A stretch of 32,000 bases of DNA, taken from positions 420,001 through 452,000 of the forward strand of contig NC_007205.1 of the NCBI RefSeq assembly GCF_000012345.1. The letters run 5' to 3'. The notes beneath the pieces are model-generated. The model was not told where the DNA came from. It worked only from the letters and a program-made list of their open reading frames with translations, and did not search any database. This DNA comes from Candidatus Pelagibacter ubique HTCC1062. Its GTDB lineage: Bacteria; Pseudomonadota; Alphaproteobacteria; Pelagibacterales; Pelagibacteraceae. Both the position numbers and the translations under genes were made by a program. Shown here piece by piece: positions 21,082 to 32,000 of the stretch (position 1 is its first letter; the number at the start of each line of letters is the position of its first letter).

Positions 21082-21230
21082 AAATTTTTAAATGTTAAAT
21101 CAGATATCTTTTTAGAAGAAATTAGCACTTAAAATAGGCATTTTTTTTAAAAATTTTAATTAAGAAAAACAACAAAATTCATCAATTTTATTTAAAAAGT
21201 GATATAAATAGATAATTTCCAAATATTTAA

Positions 21231-23291
<2,061 letters not shown>

Positions 23292-23293
23292 TA

Positions 23294-24574
23294 ATGAAGT
23301 TTTTCGAAACTTCTAAATATTTTTCATTAAAAAAATCGACCTATATTAATCTAAGATGGATTGCTATTATTGGCCAACTTATAACAGTTAATGTTATTTA
23401 TTTTTTTTTTGATTTTAGATTTAATCTAATTCTAGAAAATTCAATAATTTTGATTGGAGCGCTAAGCAATCTTTATTTAATCTATATTAACAAAAACACA
23501 CAATTGTCAGATAAAACAGCATTTCTTTTTTTATCTATTGATATTTTACAACTGAGTTGTTTGATTTATTTAACAGGTGGAATTATAAATCCTTTTTCAA
23601 TTTTTTTGATTATCCCAGCTATATTTTCCTCATCTAATTTAGGTTTTAGGAGTAATTTATTGTTAGTTAGCCTCACAGTTTTAGTGATTATTTTTCTTAC
23701 TTTTTTTAACCAACCTTTGCCCTATCCAATTAAAGAACATTTTCACGTAGACAGCTATTATTACTATTCAATTCCAATCGCATTAATTATTGCTTTAATT
23801 TTTTTAAATTATTTTGCCTTAACCTTTGGATCAGAATCTAGAATAAGGAAAGAGGCACTGAATAAAATGGAAGAAATCATGTCAAAAGAACATGAGCTAT
23901 TATCATTAGGAGGACAGGCTGCTGCTGCTGCACATTCATTAGGTACACCGTTTTCAACAATGAAGATTATCTCCACTGATTTATTGGAGCGATTTAAAGA
24001 TAATGAAGATGTTAAAAAAGATATTGAGTTATTATCCAGTCAATTAGAGAGATGTAGTGAAATTTTAAAAAAATTAACATTAAACCCAATAATCGAAGAT
24101 AATTTTATTGATCGTGATTTAACAATGGCAGAATACGTAAGTGAAATAGTCAAGTCATTCCAAGAAGTAAGTAAAAAAGATTTTATTGTAAATTATGATC
24201 AAAATTCAAATCCACTAAATATAACTAAATCAATAGAAATTATTTATGGACTAAGAAATTTTATCGGTAATGCAAATAAGTTTTCTGAAAATAAGATTTT
24301 TATTAATATAAAAAGTGATAGTGATTTCACAGAAGTTATGATTGAAGATGATGGAGAGGGATACCCAAAAGATGTTTTGAGTAAAATTGGAGAGCCTTAT
24401 ATTAAATCTTTTAAGTCTTCAATAAAATCTAAATCTGGATTAGGTCTTGGAATTTTTATAGGCAAAACTTTACTTGAAAAAAATTATGCAAATATTTTAT
24501 GCAGAAATTCCCAAACAAGAAGTGGGGCTGAAGTAAGTATTAAATGGAAAAATGAAGATCTTTTAAAACTTTAA
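23294..24574 (+). CDS. regB: Redox-responsive sensor histidine kinase of the RegB/PrrB/ActS family
   Basis: Polytopic N-terminus carrying the RegB quinone-site heptapeptide GGIINPF (GGxxNPF). H-box [15 protein letters not shown] (His214). Cys254 lies exactly 40 residues after the phospho-His (ERCSEIL), as in the RegB redox box. C-terminal HATPase (DDGEGYP, GLGLGIF). Confidence 0.85.
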   Translation: MKFFETSKYFSLKKSTYINLRWIAIIGQLITVNVIYFFFDFRFNLILENSIILIGALSNLYLIYINKNTQLSDKTAFLFLSIDILQLSCLIYLTGGIINPFSIFLIIPAIFSSSNLGFRSNLLLVSLTVLVIIFLTFFNQPLPYPIKEHFHVDSYYYYSIPIALIIALIFLNYFALTFGSESRIRKEALNKMEEIMSKEHELLSLGGQAAAAAHSLGTPFSTMKIISTDLLERFKDNEDVKKDIELLSSQLERCSEILKKLTLNPIIEDNFIDRDLTMAEYVSEIVKSFQEVSKKDFIVNYDQNSNPLNITKSIEIIYGLRNFIGNANKFSENKIFINIKSDSDFTEVMIEDDGEGYPKDVLSKIGEPYIKSFKSSIKSKSGLGLGIFIGKTLLEKNYANILCRNSQTRSGAEVSIKWKNEDLLKL

Positions 24575-26379
24575 TGTAGTTTTTTTTTATTTTCAAATAA
24601 GCCACTCAATTGTGAAACCATAACATCCCCAAGTTCATGCACATCTGTTATTTTAATAGCTTTATTGTAATATCTAGAAACATCATGCCCAATACCGATA
24701 GCTAAAATTTCAACGTCACTCTTAGTTTCTATAAATTTAACCATTTTTTTTAAATGTTTTTCTAAAAAATCTCCTGAATTAACTGATAAAGTTGAGTCGT
24801 CAACTGGGGCACCATCTGAAATAACCATCAGTATTTTTCTTTCTTCTTTTCTTTTTATAATTCTATTATAGGCCCACGAAATAGCTTCCCCATCAATATT
24901 TTCTTTTAATAATCCTTCTTTAAGCATTAAGCCTATATTATTTTTTGCCTGCCTCCACTGTGTGTCTGCACCTTTATAAATTATATGTCTTAAATCATTT
25001 AATCTTCCAGGATTTTTTGGCTTATCATTTTTAGTCCAAGCTTCTCTGCTTTTACCACCTTTCCAATTTTTTGTAGTAAAGCCTAAAACCTCTACTTTCA
25101 CTGAGCATCTTTCTAAGGTTCTAGATAATATATCTGCACAAAGTGCAGCAATTGTTATTGGCCGACCTCTCATGGAACCAGAATTGTCTATTAACAAGGT
25201 TACGATTGTGTCCTTAAAATCAAGATCTTTTTCTTTCATAAAAGATAAAGAATTATAAGGATCCATAATTATTCTAGTTAATTTTGAGCTATCTAATAAA
25301 CCTTCTTCTAAGTCAAACTCCCAAGCTCTATTTTGTTTTGCAAGGAGCTGCCTTTGTAGTTTGTTAGCAAGCTTAGTAATTAAATCTTGAAACCCGACAA
25401 GTTGTTGGTCTAAATTTTTTCTTAATTTTTGTGTTTCTTTTATATCTTCTAATATTTCAGCTTTTGCAATTTCATCAAATTCTGTGGTGAATACTTTGTA
25501 ATCTTGATCAATATTATCAATATTTGTTTTTTGTAAAACACTTTCTGCACTCTCTTTTAAAGAATCTGAATCTTCTAATTGCTCTTCCATCTGCTGGTCG
25601 CTTAGATCAAAGCCAGCATCTAAACTAGTCTGGCTATCATCTTGATTATTTTCTTCCTCTTTGTCATCAGACTGGCCGTCATTATCGTTCTCTGATTTAT
25701 TATCTTGCTCATTTTCTTGTTCATCGTTTTCTTCATTATTTTCTTCATTATTTGAAGCAAAGACATCCATATTCTCTAAAATTTCTGAAAATTTTAAACT
25801 ATAATTATTTTGATCTTCCAAATTTTTACTTAAAAAATCAAAATGCTTATCAATAGATTCGTCAAATTCTTTCTTCCAAAAATCTAACATTTTTGTAGAC
25901 ACATCATTGAGTTCTAATTTAAAGAATTTGTTTAACATATATAATTCAAAAGCTTCATTCACAGGAACATCTTCTTTATTTTTTAATTGTTCTTTACGAT
26001 TAGAAAGTATTTTTTGGTTATAATTTTCACTTAAATTTTTTCCAACTCCTTTAAGCATTTTGCCCCCAAGAAGTTCATACCTGATTTTTTCAGCAATATT
26101 ATATAAAGATTTACAAGAAGGATTATTAGGTAGGTTTTTATTAAATATTTCTTTATTTGAAAATTTTTTCTTTAAGGCTCCAGAGTCAGTTTCTGCTCTT
26201 AGTTTAACAAAATCGTTTTTATTTGATAAATTGGTTACATCAAAAAAATCAGTTTTTTTATTACTTAAATCTTTATCTAATTTTTTAACATCTAATTTAT
26301 AATCTTCAGAAATTACTTTAGCTGTAGAAATTAATGCTTGTTTAAATTGCTCTTTAAAATTGTTTTCTTTTGAGCTCAT
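24571..26379 (-). CDS. cobT: CobT-like protein: N-terminal CobT region, acidic low-complexity linker, C-terminal von Willebrand A domain
   Basis: 602 aa. D/E/N-rich stretch [39 protein letters not shown]. vWA MIDAS motif [11 protein letters not shown] (DxSxS). The start abuts the cobS-like stop. Confidence 0.85.
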   Translation of the reverse strand: MSSKENNFKEQFKQALISTAKVISEDYKLDVKKLDKDLSNKKTDFFDVTNLSNKNDFVKLRAETDSGALKKKFSNKEIFNKNLPNNPSCKSLYNIAEKIRYELLGGKMLKGVGKNLSENYNQKILSNRKEQLKNKEDVPVNEAFELYMLNKFFKLELNDVSTKMLDFWKKEFDESIDKHFDFLSKNLEDQNNYSLKFSEILENMDVFASNNEENNEENDEQENEQDNKSENDNDGQSDDKEEENNQDDSQTSLDAGFDLSDQQMEEQLEDSDSLKESAESVLQKTNIDNIDQDYKVFTTEFDEIAKAEILEDIKETQKLRKNLDQQLVGFQDLITKLANKLQRQLLAKQNRAWEFDLEEGLLDSSKLTRIIMDPYNSLSFMKEKDLDFKDTIVTLLIDNSGSMRGRPITIAALCADILSRTLERCSVKVEVLGFTTKNWKGGKSREAWTKNDKPKNPGRLNDLRHIIYKGADTQWRQAKNNIGLMLKEGLLKENIDGEAISWAYNRIIKRKEERKILMVISDGAPVDDSTLSVNSGDFLEKHLKKMVKFIETKSDVEILAIGIGHDVSRYYNKAIKITDVHELGDVMVSQLSGLFENKKKLH

Positions 26380-27354
26380 TTAGATATGAATATTAACCAT
26401 CGATTCTGGTAATTCTTCTCCAAAACATCTTTGATAATATTCAGCTATTGTATTTTTTTCTATATCGTCACACTTATTCAAAAAAGTGACCCTAAAAGCA
26501 TAACCTGTGTCTTTGAAAATTTCTGCATTTTCAGCCCAATGAAGTACCGTCCTTGGACTCATTACAGTTGATATATCTCCAGCTATAAAGCCCTTTCTAG
26601 TTAAAGATGCAACTTTAATCATGTTAGAGACTTTTTCTTTACCTTTTGGATTGTTTAAATTTTTATTTTTAGCAAGAACGATTTCCATTTCTCTATCAAG
26701 ACTAAGATAGTTTAAAGATGTTACAATATTCCATCTATCCATCTGCCCTTGGTTAATTTGTTGAGTACCATGGTACAATCCTGTTGTATCCCCTAGACCA
26801 ACTGTATTTGAAGTCGCAAATAATCTAAAAAATTTATTTTGTTTTATAACTTTATTTTTATCTAAAAGAGTAAAATTACCTTCAGCTTCCAACACCCTTT
26901 GAATAACAAACATCACGTCTGGTCTTCCTGCATCATACTCATCAAAAACAAGTGCAACAGGGTTTTGAATGGACCAAGGTAAAATACCTTCTTTAAACTC
27001 AGTAATCTGTTTTCCATCTTTTACAACAATTGCATCTTTTCCAATAAGATCAATTCTACTTACATGACTATCTAAATTCACTCTAATACAAGGCCAGTTT
27101 AATCTAGCTGCGATTTGTTCAATGTGAGTAGACTTTCCTGTACCATGATAGCCTTGAACCAAGACACGTTTATTAAAAGCAAAACCTGATATGATAGCAA
27201 GGGTAGTATCTCTATCAAACTTATAATTTTTATCTATTTCGGGAACGTATTCACTTCTTTTAGAGAAAGCGTCAACTTCCATATCTGAGTCAATTCCAAA
27301 ACTTTGCTTTAAAGACATTTTAATGTCTGGCTGTATGTTTAAATTAGGTGTCAA
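26380..27354 (-). CDS. cobS: CobS-like AAA+ ATPase (MoxR/chelatase class)
   Basis: Walker [10 protein letters not shown] and Walker [13 protein letters not shown]. CobS-type segments [19 protein letters not shown] and [17 protein letters not shown]. The track start at 27354 is a TTG. An alternative ATG lies at 27318 (Met13). Confidence 0.88.
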   Translation of the reverse strand: MTPNLNIQPDIKMSLKQSFGIDSDMEVDAFSKRSEYVPEIDKNYKFDRDTTLAIISGFAFNKRVLVQGYHGTGKSTHIEQIAARLNWPCIRVNLDSHVSRIDLIGKDAIVVKDGKQITEFKEGILPWSIQNPVALVFDEYDAGRPDVMFVIQRVLEAEGNFTLLDKNKVIKQNKFFRLFATSNTVGLGDTTGLYHGTQQINQGQMDRWNIVTSLNYLSLDREMEIVLAKNKNLNNPKGKEKVSNMIKVASLTRKGFIAGDISTVMSPRTVLHWAENAEIFKDTGYAFRVTFLNKCDDIEKNTIAEYYQRCFGEELPESMVNIHI

Positions 27355-27871
27355 TTTTTTCCTTATAAGTATTTTTTAGCTGAGTATAAGCTAAAGTAAT
27401 TAATTTAAGTTTTTCTTCGTATTCTTTATTTCCCAAATTAATATCAGGGTGAAATTTTTTGACAAGAGTTTTGAACTGATCTTGTATTTGTTCCCATTTT
27501 TGGCCAACTGAAACACCTAAAATACTAAAAGCTTTAATATCATTAGCATCAAATTTGAATTGATTCATGTGGTTATATTCACCTCTAAGTTTGGTTTTAT
27601 CAAACTCATCTTTTAAAGTGTTGTTCCATAGAACTTTAAAAAAATTATCTGAAGAGCTAAAGCTCTGAGTGGGTTTATGCCAGGTCATGTCAGACTTTAA
27701 AAAATCAAATACTTGCTCATCATCCATTCCTTTAAAATAATTCCAATTTTTATTGAATTCTTTAACATGAGCTAAGCAAAGCAATCTGTAGCGTTTGCTA
27801 TTATCTTTCTCAATTGGTGCCTTATATTCACCAGTATCAAAGCAATTATTCCAATCACAAATATTTTTCAT
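27344..27871 (-). CDS. J-domain protein with an N-terminal Cys/His-rich region
   Basis: C-terminal J domain [30 protein letters not shown] (HPD tripeptide). N-terminus has C5-x4-C10 ... C32-x2-H35. 175 aa. Confidence 0.8.
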   Translation of the reverse strand: MKNICDWNNCFDTGEYKAPIEKDNSKRYRLLCLAHVKEFNKNWNYFKGMDDEQVFDFLKSDMTWHKPTQSFSSSDNFFKVLWNNTLKDEFDKTKLRGEYNHMNQFKFDANDIKAFSILGVSVGQKWEQIQDQFKTLVKKFHPDINLGNKEYEEKLKLITLAYTQLKNTYKEKIDT

Positions 27872-27896
27872 GCTATATAGTAATAAATTATTATTT

Positions 27897-28157
27897 ATGA
27901 ATATAAACGAATTAATTAAAATTGTTAAAAATAAACTTGAAGCAAAAATTGTTATACAAGATCTTAAAATCGAAGATAAAAGTTTTTTACATAAAAATCA
28001 TAAAGGAAATCAAGAAGGAATGTTCCATCTAAAATTAATTATTAAATCTGAAGAGCTTAAAAAATTAAATAAGATAGTATCAACCAAGAAAATCTATAAT
28101 ATTTTAGATCATGAGTTAAAAGAACACATACATTCTATTCAAATACTACTTAGTTAA
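27897..28157 (+). CDS. bolA: BolA-family protein
   Basis: 86 aa from the ATG at 27897 (MNINELIK...). BolA-like core DKSFLHKNHKG...FHLKLIIKSEEL...KIYNIL...IHSIQI. The upstream 34 codons of the track ORF overlap the J-domain gene start and look non-coding. Confidence 0.75.
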   Translation: MNINELIKIVKNKLEAKIVIQDLKIEDKSFLHKNHKGNQEGMFHLKLIIKSEELKKLNKIVSTKKIYNILDHELKEHIHSIQILLS

Positions 28158-29252
28158 TTCTTTTTTTAAAAAGAGATTAATAGTTTTTTCATTAAACTGT
28201 AATTTGTAAACTGGAGAACCTATTCTTTTAAGCAAAACCAGACTAATTTTCTTTGTATTATTTTTTTTATCTTTTCTCATAAAAGATATAATTGTATTTA
28301 AATTTTTTATTGAAAAAAATTTATTAATATCTCTTGGAAGATTTAGGTCATTTAAGTGACCATCAATTAATTCAAATTCTTTTTTATTTAAAATTTTATT
28401 TAATAAACTAAATCTAGCAGCAGTTTTAACACCGAGGATAACTGCTTCACCATGATTTAATTTTGCTGAATAACGCAGTGTTGCTTCAAAGGCATGAGCA
28501 AAAGTATGTCCAAAGTTTAGTATTTTTCTTATACCTAATTCTTTTTCGTCAGCTTCAACTACTTTTTTTTTAATCAAGCAGCTTTGATGAATAGCTGTTT
28601 GTATAAAGGGACTTTTTAATTGGATAATTTTTTTTCCATTTTTATTTAAAAAGTAAAAAAATTTTTTTCCATTAATAAGTGAGTGTTTTAAAATTTCACC
28701 ATAGCCACATACAACTTCTCTTTTTGGTAAAGAGTTTAAAAAGTTAGTATCTGATATAACTAGACTAGGTTGATAAAATGAGCCAATTAAGTTTTTACCA
28801 TATTTGGTGTTTACACCTGTTTTGCCTCCGATTGATGAGTCGACCTGTGAAAGTAGTGTAGTTGGTATATTTACAAACTTTAAGCCTCGCTTAAAAGTAC
28901 TTGCTGCAAAGCCTGATACATCACCGGTAATACCACCACCAATAGAAATTAAACAATCATTTCTATTAAAACTTTTTTTTAAAAGAATTGATGTGATTTC
29001 ATTGACACTTTTTAGATTTTTATTTTTTTCACTCGCATTAAAATAATGAATTGAAACAGATCCTTTTGGTAAAGATTTTAAAGTATCTTTTACTAAATTT
29101 TTTGGAATATTTTTGTCAATTACTAGAAGACATTGATTAAAATCAATAGAATTTTCTTTCAAAAATTTATTTACTTTTTTTAAAATATTATTTCCAATAA
29201 TAATTGAATATTGTTGACTGTTGGTGTTAACTTTTAATTTAATTAAGCCCAT
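28146..29252 (-). CDS. aroB: 3-dehydroquinate synthase
   Basis: GGGITGDVSGFAASTFKRGLKFVNIPTTLLSQVDSSIGGKTGVN (NAD/glycine-rich loop) and metal-binding GHTFAHAFE...NHGEAV. Confidence 0.95.
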   Translation of the reverse strand: MGLIKLKVNTNSQQYSIIIGNNILKKVNKFLKENSIDFNQCLLVIDKNIPKNLVKDTLKSLPKGSVSIHYFNASEKNKNLKSVNEITSILLKKSFNRNDCLISIGGGITGDVSGFAASTFKRGLKFVNIPTTLLSQVDSSIGGKTGVNTKYGKNLIGSFYQPSLVISDTNFLNSLPKREVVCGYGEILKHSLINGKKFFYFLNKNGKKIIQLKSPFIQTAIHQSCLIKKKVVEADEKELGIRKILNFGHTFAHAFEATLRYSAKLNHGEAVILGVKTAARFSLLNKILNKKEFELIDGHLNDLNLPRDINKFFSIKNLNTIISFMRKDKKNNTKKISLVLLKRIGSPVYKLQFNEKTINLFLKKELTK

Positions 29253-29751
29253 ATGTTTTTATTATAGTTTTAACTATTTCACTTTTTGTTAATTTATTAC
29301 AGTTTATTTTAAAATTAGCTTTTGAATATACTTTCTTTCTTTTATTAATAATGGCTTTAATTTCAAGATCAGTTGAATTTGAGGCTAAGGGTCTTTTTTT
29401 ACTACCTTTAATTCTTTTAATTAAAACTAAATCATCCCAATCGAGCCAAAAAGAAAAATGATTTTTTAAAATATCTTTTCTTATCTTGTCATTAATAAAA
29501 CTACCTCCACCTAAAGAAACAACAACTTTTTTATGTTTTAAAGACTTAATAGTTATTTTTTCCTCTAAATTTCTAAAGTATGCCTCGCCATTTACTTTAA
29601 ATATTTCTGAGATGGTCATACCAGCATGTTCTTCAATTAAATTGTCTATATCAATGAATGGAATATTTAATTGTTTCGAAACCATAGCTCCGATAGAAGA
29701 TTTGCCTGACCCCATCATACCTAAAAAAACGAGGTTTTTATTTGAATTCAT
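29239..29751 (-). CDS. aroK: Shikimate kinase
   Basis: P-loop FLGMMGSGKSSIG and a GGG shikimate-binding region (SLGGGS). 170 aa. 14-nt overlap with the aroB start. Confidence 0.93.
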   Translation of the reverse strand: MNSNKNLVFLGMMGSGKSSIGAMVSKQLNIPFIDIDNLIEEHAGMTISEIFKVNGEAYFRNLEEKITIKSLKHKKVVVSLGGGSFINDKIRKDILKNHFSFWLDWDDLVLIKRIKGSKKRPLASNSTDLEIKAIINKRKKVYSKANFKINCNKLTKSEIVKTIIKTYGLN

Positions 29752-29809
29752 AAGCTTTCTTTATTGAAAAAACACAAATATGTCTTAATTTGAAATTACT
29801 AAAGAATAT

Positions 29810-29986
29810 ATGCAATTTTCAAAAAACACAAGTAATGGGAGTGGTAAAAGTTTATTAATCAAAATAGTATTTGTGCTAATTATTTTTATTGGAGCCATAG
29901 TACTACTTGGTAAAATTGAATTTCCATCTCCAAATAAAGACATTGAAAAAATCATCCCTAATGAAAAACTTAAAATTGTTAAGTAA
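29810..29986 (+). CDS. Candidate 58-aa single-pass membrane protein (below the ORF-track cutoff)
   Basis: Hand translation gives MQFSKNTSNGSGKSLLIKIVFVLIIFIGAIVLLGKIEFPSPNKDIEKIIPNEKLKIVK with one clean hydrophobic helix. It fills an otherwise empty 209-bp gap. It overlaps the next gene's likely start by 26 nt in another frame. Confidence 0.35.
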   Translation: MQFSKNTSNGSGKSLLIKIVFVLIIFIGAIVLLGKIEFPSPNKDIEKIIPNEKLKIVK

Positions 29987-31721
29987 GAACTATTTTTTAG
30001 TTATATTATTTTCTTTATTTTTTGGTTTTGCAACCAACTCACAAGAACCAGTGGATATCTGGGAAGTGGGAGAAAAAAAACCTAAAGAAAACTTAATCTT
30101 AACAGAAGATGAATTAGAAAAAAATATTCCCCAGAATAGTATTTATGATATGCAATCCCAAAAAGAAGGGGAATTAAGCATAGAAGAAACGCAAACTTTA
30201 ATTTCAAAAGAAAAAAAATTAATCGGAATTTATGACCCTGCAGAAAATGGGTTGGATATTAATATGTGGTCCAATTCTAACGGAGATCAAATTTTAAATA
30301 TCTTTAAAAGAATAGATAAATTGGAACTTTCAAGAGATGCTGAAGAGATTTTGGATGTTTTATTATTAACAAATGCACATTATCCAGAAATGAATATTTC
30401 AAAAGAACAGTTTTTAGAAATTAAATCAAAGTGGCTTATTAAGCGCTCAAACTTTGACTTGATTGAAAAATATTTATTAAATAATGAGATTATTAATGAA
30501 CATCCAAAACTTACCAAACACTTAGTAGATCATTATTTGTCTCAATCAGATGTTGAAAAAGCTTGTGAAATTTTTTCTAAAATTAATGAACCGATACAAG
30601 ATTTATATTTATCTAAATTCAACATTTATTGCTTAATTAATAATAATAAAAGAGATGAAGCTCAATTGCTTATCGATCTTCAATTAGAATTAGGCATTGC
30701 AGATAAGTTTTTTAATAAAAAAATTGATTATTTAATGGGGTATAATACAGAACCAGCAACAGAAGTTTCAGAAAAAACAATTTTAGATTTCCATTTATCT
30801 CACAGAACGAACCCAGAATTTAAATTTGAACCAAAAAATACTACATCCAGGCAAATATGGAAATATCTATCAACTTCAAATCTATTAGATGATATCAGTG
30901 ATATTGAACTTACAGATATAGAGAAAATTACGAGTATTGAAAAAGCAACACATGAAGGAAATTATGCAGAAAAAGAATTATTTGAACTTTATAAGAGATT
31001 TCAATTTAATATTAATCAATTATTAAATATTAAAGAGTCAACAAAAGTACTCTCAAGAATAGAGACAAGAGCGCTAATTTATCAAGGAATTTTAATTACT
31101 ACTGAAATTGAGAATAAGTTACAGTTAATGAATGCCCTCAAAAATTCTTTCAAGAATGACGGTATTGAGAATGCATTTAACATAGAATTAAAAAATTTTT
31201 TAAAAAATATAGAAGAGAACAAGGTGCCTTCAAATTTTACAACATTTTATCAAGATAATTTAGGTAATGAAGAGACAGAACAAGCAAATATTAAAATAAA
31301 TAATAAAATTTTACATCAATCAAAATTAATAAATTATTTAAAATTAGAAAAATCTAAAAATGATCCCACAAAAGATATAAATGATTTCTTAAAAAAGATA
31401 AAAAAAGATAAAAAATATTTTTTTTCTAAAAAAGATGTAATTTTAGTTGAGACCTTTAAGTCCGATGGTGTCAAGATTTTAGAGAAGTATGATGATTTAT
31501 ACCAAATAAACGATTCAGAAATACCTTCTGATATTCAAATATTTGTTAACAGTGGTGATATGGCTGCTGCATTGCTTAGAATTGTTGAGGTTATAGGGCA
31601 GGACAGCTTAAATGCTATTGATGAAGATACGTTATACTTTATTATAAGCACACTTAATCAGCTAAATGCGGATCCACTAAGAAATAAAATACTCTTTAAA
31701 GTTCTTCCTTTAAAAGTTTAA
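29961..31721 (+). CDS. Secreted/periplasmic protein of unknown function (587 aa from the preferred start)
   Basis: Long uninterrupted ORF. The ATG at 29961 gives a Sec-type signal peptide MKNLKLLSKNYFLVILFSLFFGFATNSQ with no lipobox Cys. I recognise no catalytic motif. Confidence 0.7.
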   Translation: MKNLKLLSKNYFLVILFSLFFGFATNSQEPVDIWEVGEKKPKENLILTEDELEKNIPQNSIYDMQSQKEGELSIEETQTLISKEKKLIGIYDPAENGLDINMWSNSNGDQILNIFKRIDKLELSRDAEEILDVLLLTNAHYPEMNISKEQFLEIKSKWLIKRSNFDLIEKYLLNNEIINEHPKLTKHLVDHYLSQSDVEKACEIFSKINEPIQDLYLSKFNIYCLINNNKRDEAQLLIDLQLELGIADKFFNKKIDYLMGYNTEPATEVSEKTILDFHLSHRTNPEFKFEPKNTTSRQIWKYLSTSNLLDDISDIELTDIEKITSIEKATHEGNYAEKELFELYKRFQFNINQLLNIKESTKVLSRIETRALIYQGILITTEIENKLQLMNALKNSFKNDGIENAFNIELKNFLKNIEENKVPSNFTTFYQDNLGNEETEQANIKINNKILHQSKLINYLKLEKSKNDPTKDINDFLKKIKKDKKYFFSKKDVILVETFKSDGVKILEKYDDLYQINDSEIPSDIQIFVNSGDMAAALLRIVEVIGQDSLNAIDEDTLYFIISTLNQLNADPLRNKILFKVLPLKV

Positions 31722-31747
31722 AATTTATACTAAAATAATCAACCATA

Positions 31748-32000
31748 ATGTCAGTTAAATCAATTTTAACAGAACCAAATAAACTATTAAGGCAGATTTC
31801 TAAACCAGTTGAAAATGTTGGTGATGAAGAAAGAAGACTAATGGATGATATGTTGGATACTATGTATGCAGCACCGGGAATAGGTCTTGCAGCAATTCAA
31901 ATAGGGGTACCAAAAAGAATTATAGTAATGGATATAAGTAGAGATGAAGACAAAAAGGAGCCAAGATATTTTGTTAATCCAGTAATCAAAAATAAAAATG
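31748..32000 (+). CDS. def: Peptide deformylase, 3'-truncated by the window edge
   Basis: [21 protein letters not shown]... with motif 1 [10 protein letters not shown] (GxGxAAxQ). Confidence 0.9.
   Translation, partial: MSVKSILTEPNKLLRQISKPVENVGDEERRLMDDMLDTMYAAPGIGLAAIQIGVPKRIIVMDISRDEDKKEPRYFVNPVIKNKN

Noticed and set aside
21200-21208. Extended -10-like TGATATAAA, 26 nt upstream of the gyrB-like ATG
   Set aside because: It is plausible but not distinguishable from background, because TATAAA-like hexamers are ubiquitous in this spacer and in coding DNA. It is not reported as a feature.
23401-23410. T10 homopolymer in regB (and another T10 at 20511-20520 in the methyltransferase) as phase-variation switches
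   Set aside because: Homopolymer A/T runs of 8-10 nt are scattered through many genes here, for example A9 at 191-199. They simply encode Phe/Lys runs. Both genes are intact, and nothing suggests contingency-locus behaviour.
27795-27896. N-terminal 34-codon extension of the bolA ORF given in the track
   Set aside because: The extension overlaps the first 77 nt of the divergent J-domain gene. It translates to hydrophobic non-BolA sequence. The ATG at 27897 gives a normal-length BolA protein.
29907-29960. Upstream start (track Met1) for the 604-aa ORF
   Set aside because: The codon at 29907 is not an ATG-supported start with a sensible N-terminus. The ATG at 29961 yields a canonical signal peptide, so the shorter form is preferred.

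Overview
This is a very AT-rich, very tightly packed bacterial chromosomal segment. Most genes are separated by 0-3 nt or overlap. Content and order look alphaproteobacterial and are consistent with a streamlined marine SAR11/Pelagibacterales-type genome: RegB-type redox kinase, gltD-gltB order, and a bolA / J-domain / cobS / cobT cluster. That assignment comes from composition and gene content only; I could not run a search. Almost everything is core housekeeping: the 3' part of a pyruvate-dehydrogenase-type E2, a DMT transporter, uppP, glutamate synthase gltDB, an SDR-like protein, an alpha/beta hydrolase, a GT4 glycosyltransferase, the classical thrS-infC-rpmI-rplT-pheS-pheT block, lepA, tRNA-Ser(GGA), an FkbM-type methyltransferase, a short GyrB-like topoisomerase subunit, regB, cobT/cobS-like genes, a J-domain protein, bolA, aroB-aroK, a 58-aa membrane mini-ORF, a 587-aa secreted protein of unknown function, and the 5' end of def. 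I saw no rRNA, CRISPR array, IS element or prophage. The best candidate for an uncharacterised system is the J-domain + CobS-like AAA+ + CobT-like vWA operon, divergent from bolA, with no CobN or corrin genes nearby. Secondary points are: an unusually short GyrB-like protein with an extra Toprim segment, an orphan RegB apparently cotranscribed with it, a low-GC methyltransferase wedged beside the tRNA, a structured 184-bp spacer upstream of gltDB, and several extreme gene-overlap arrangements.
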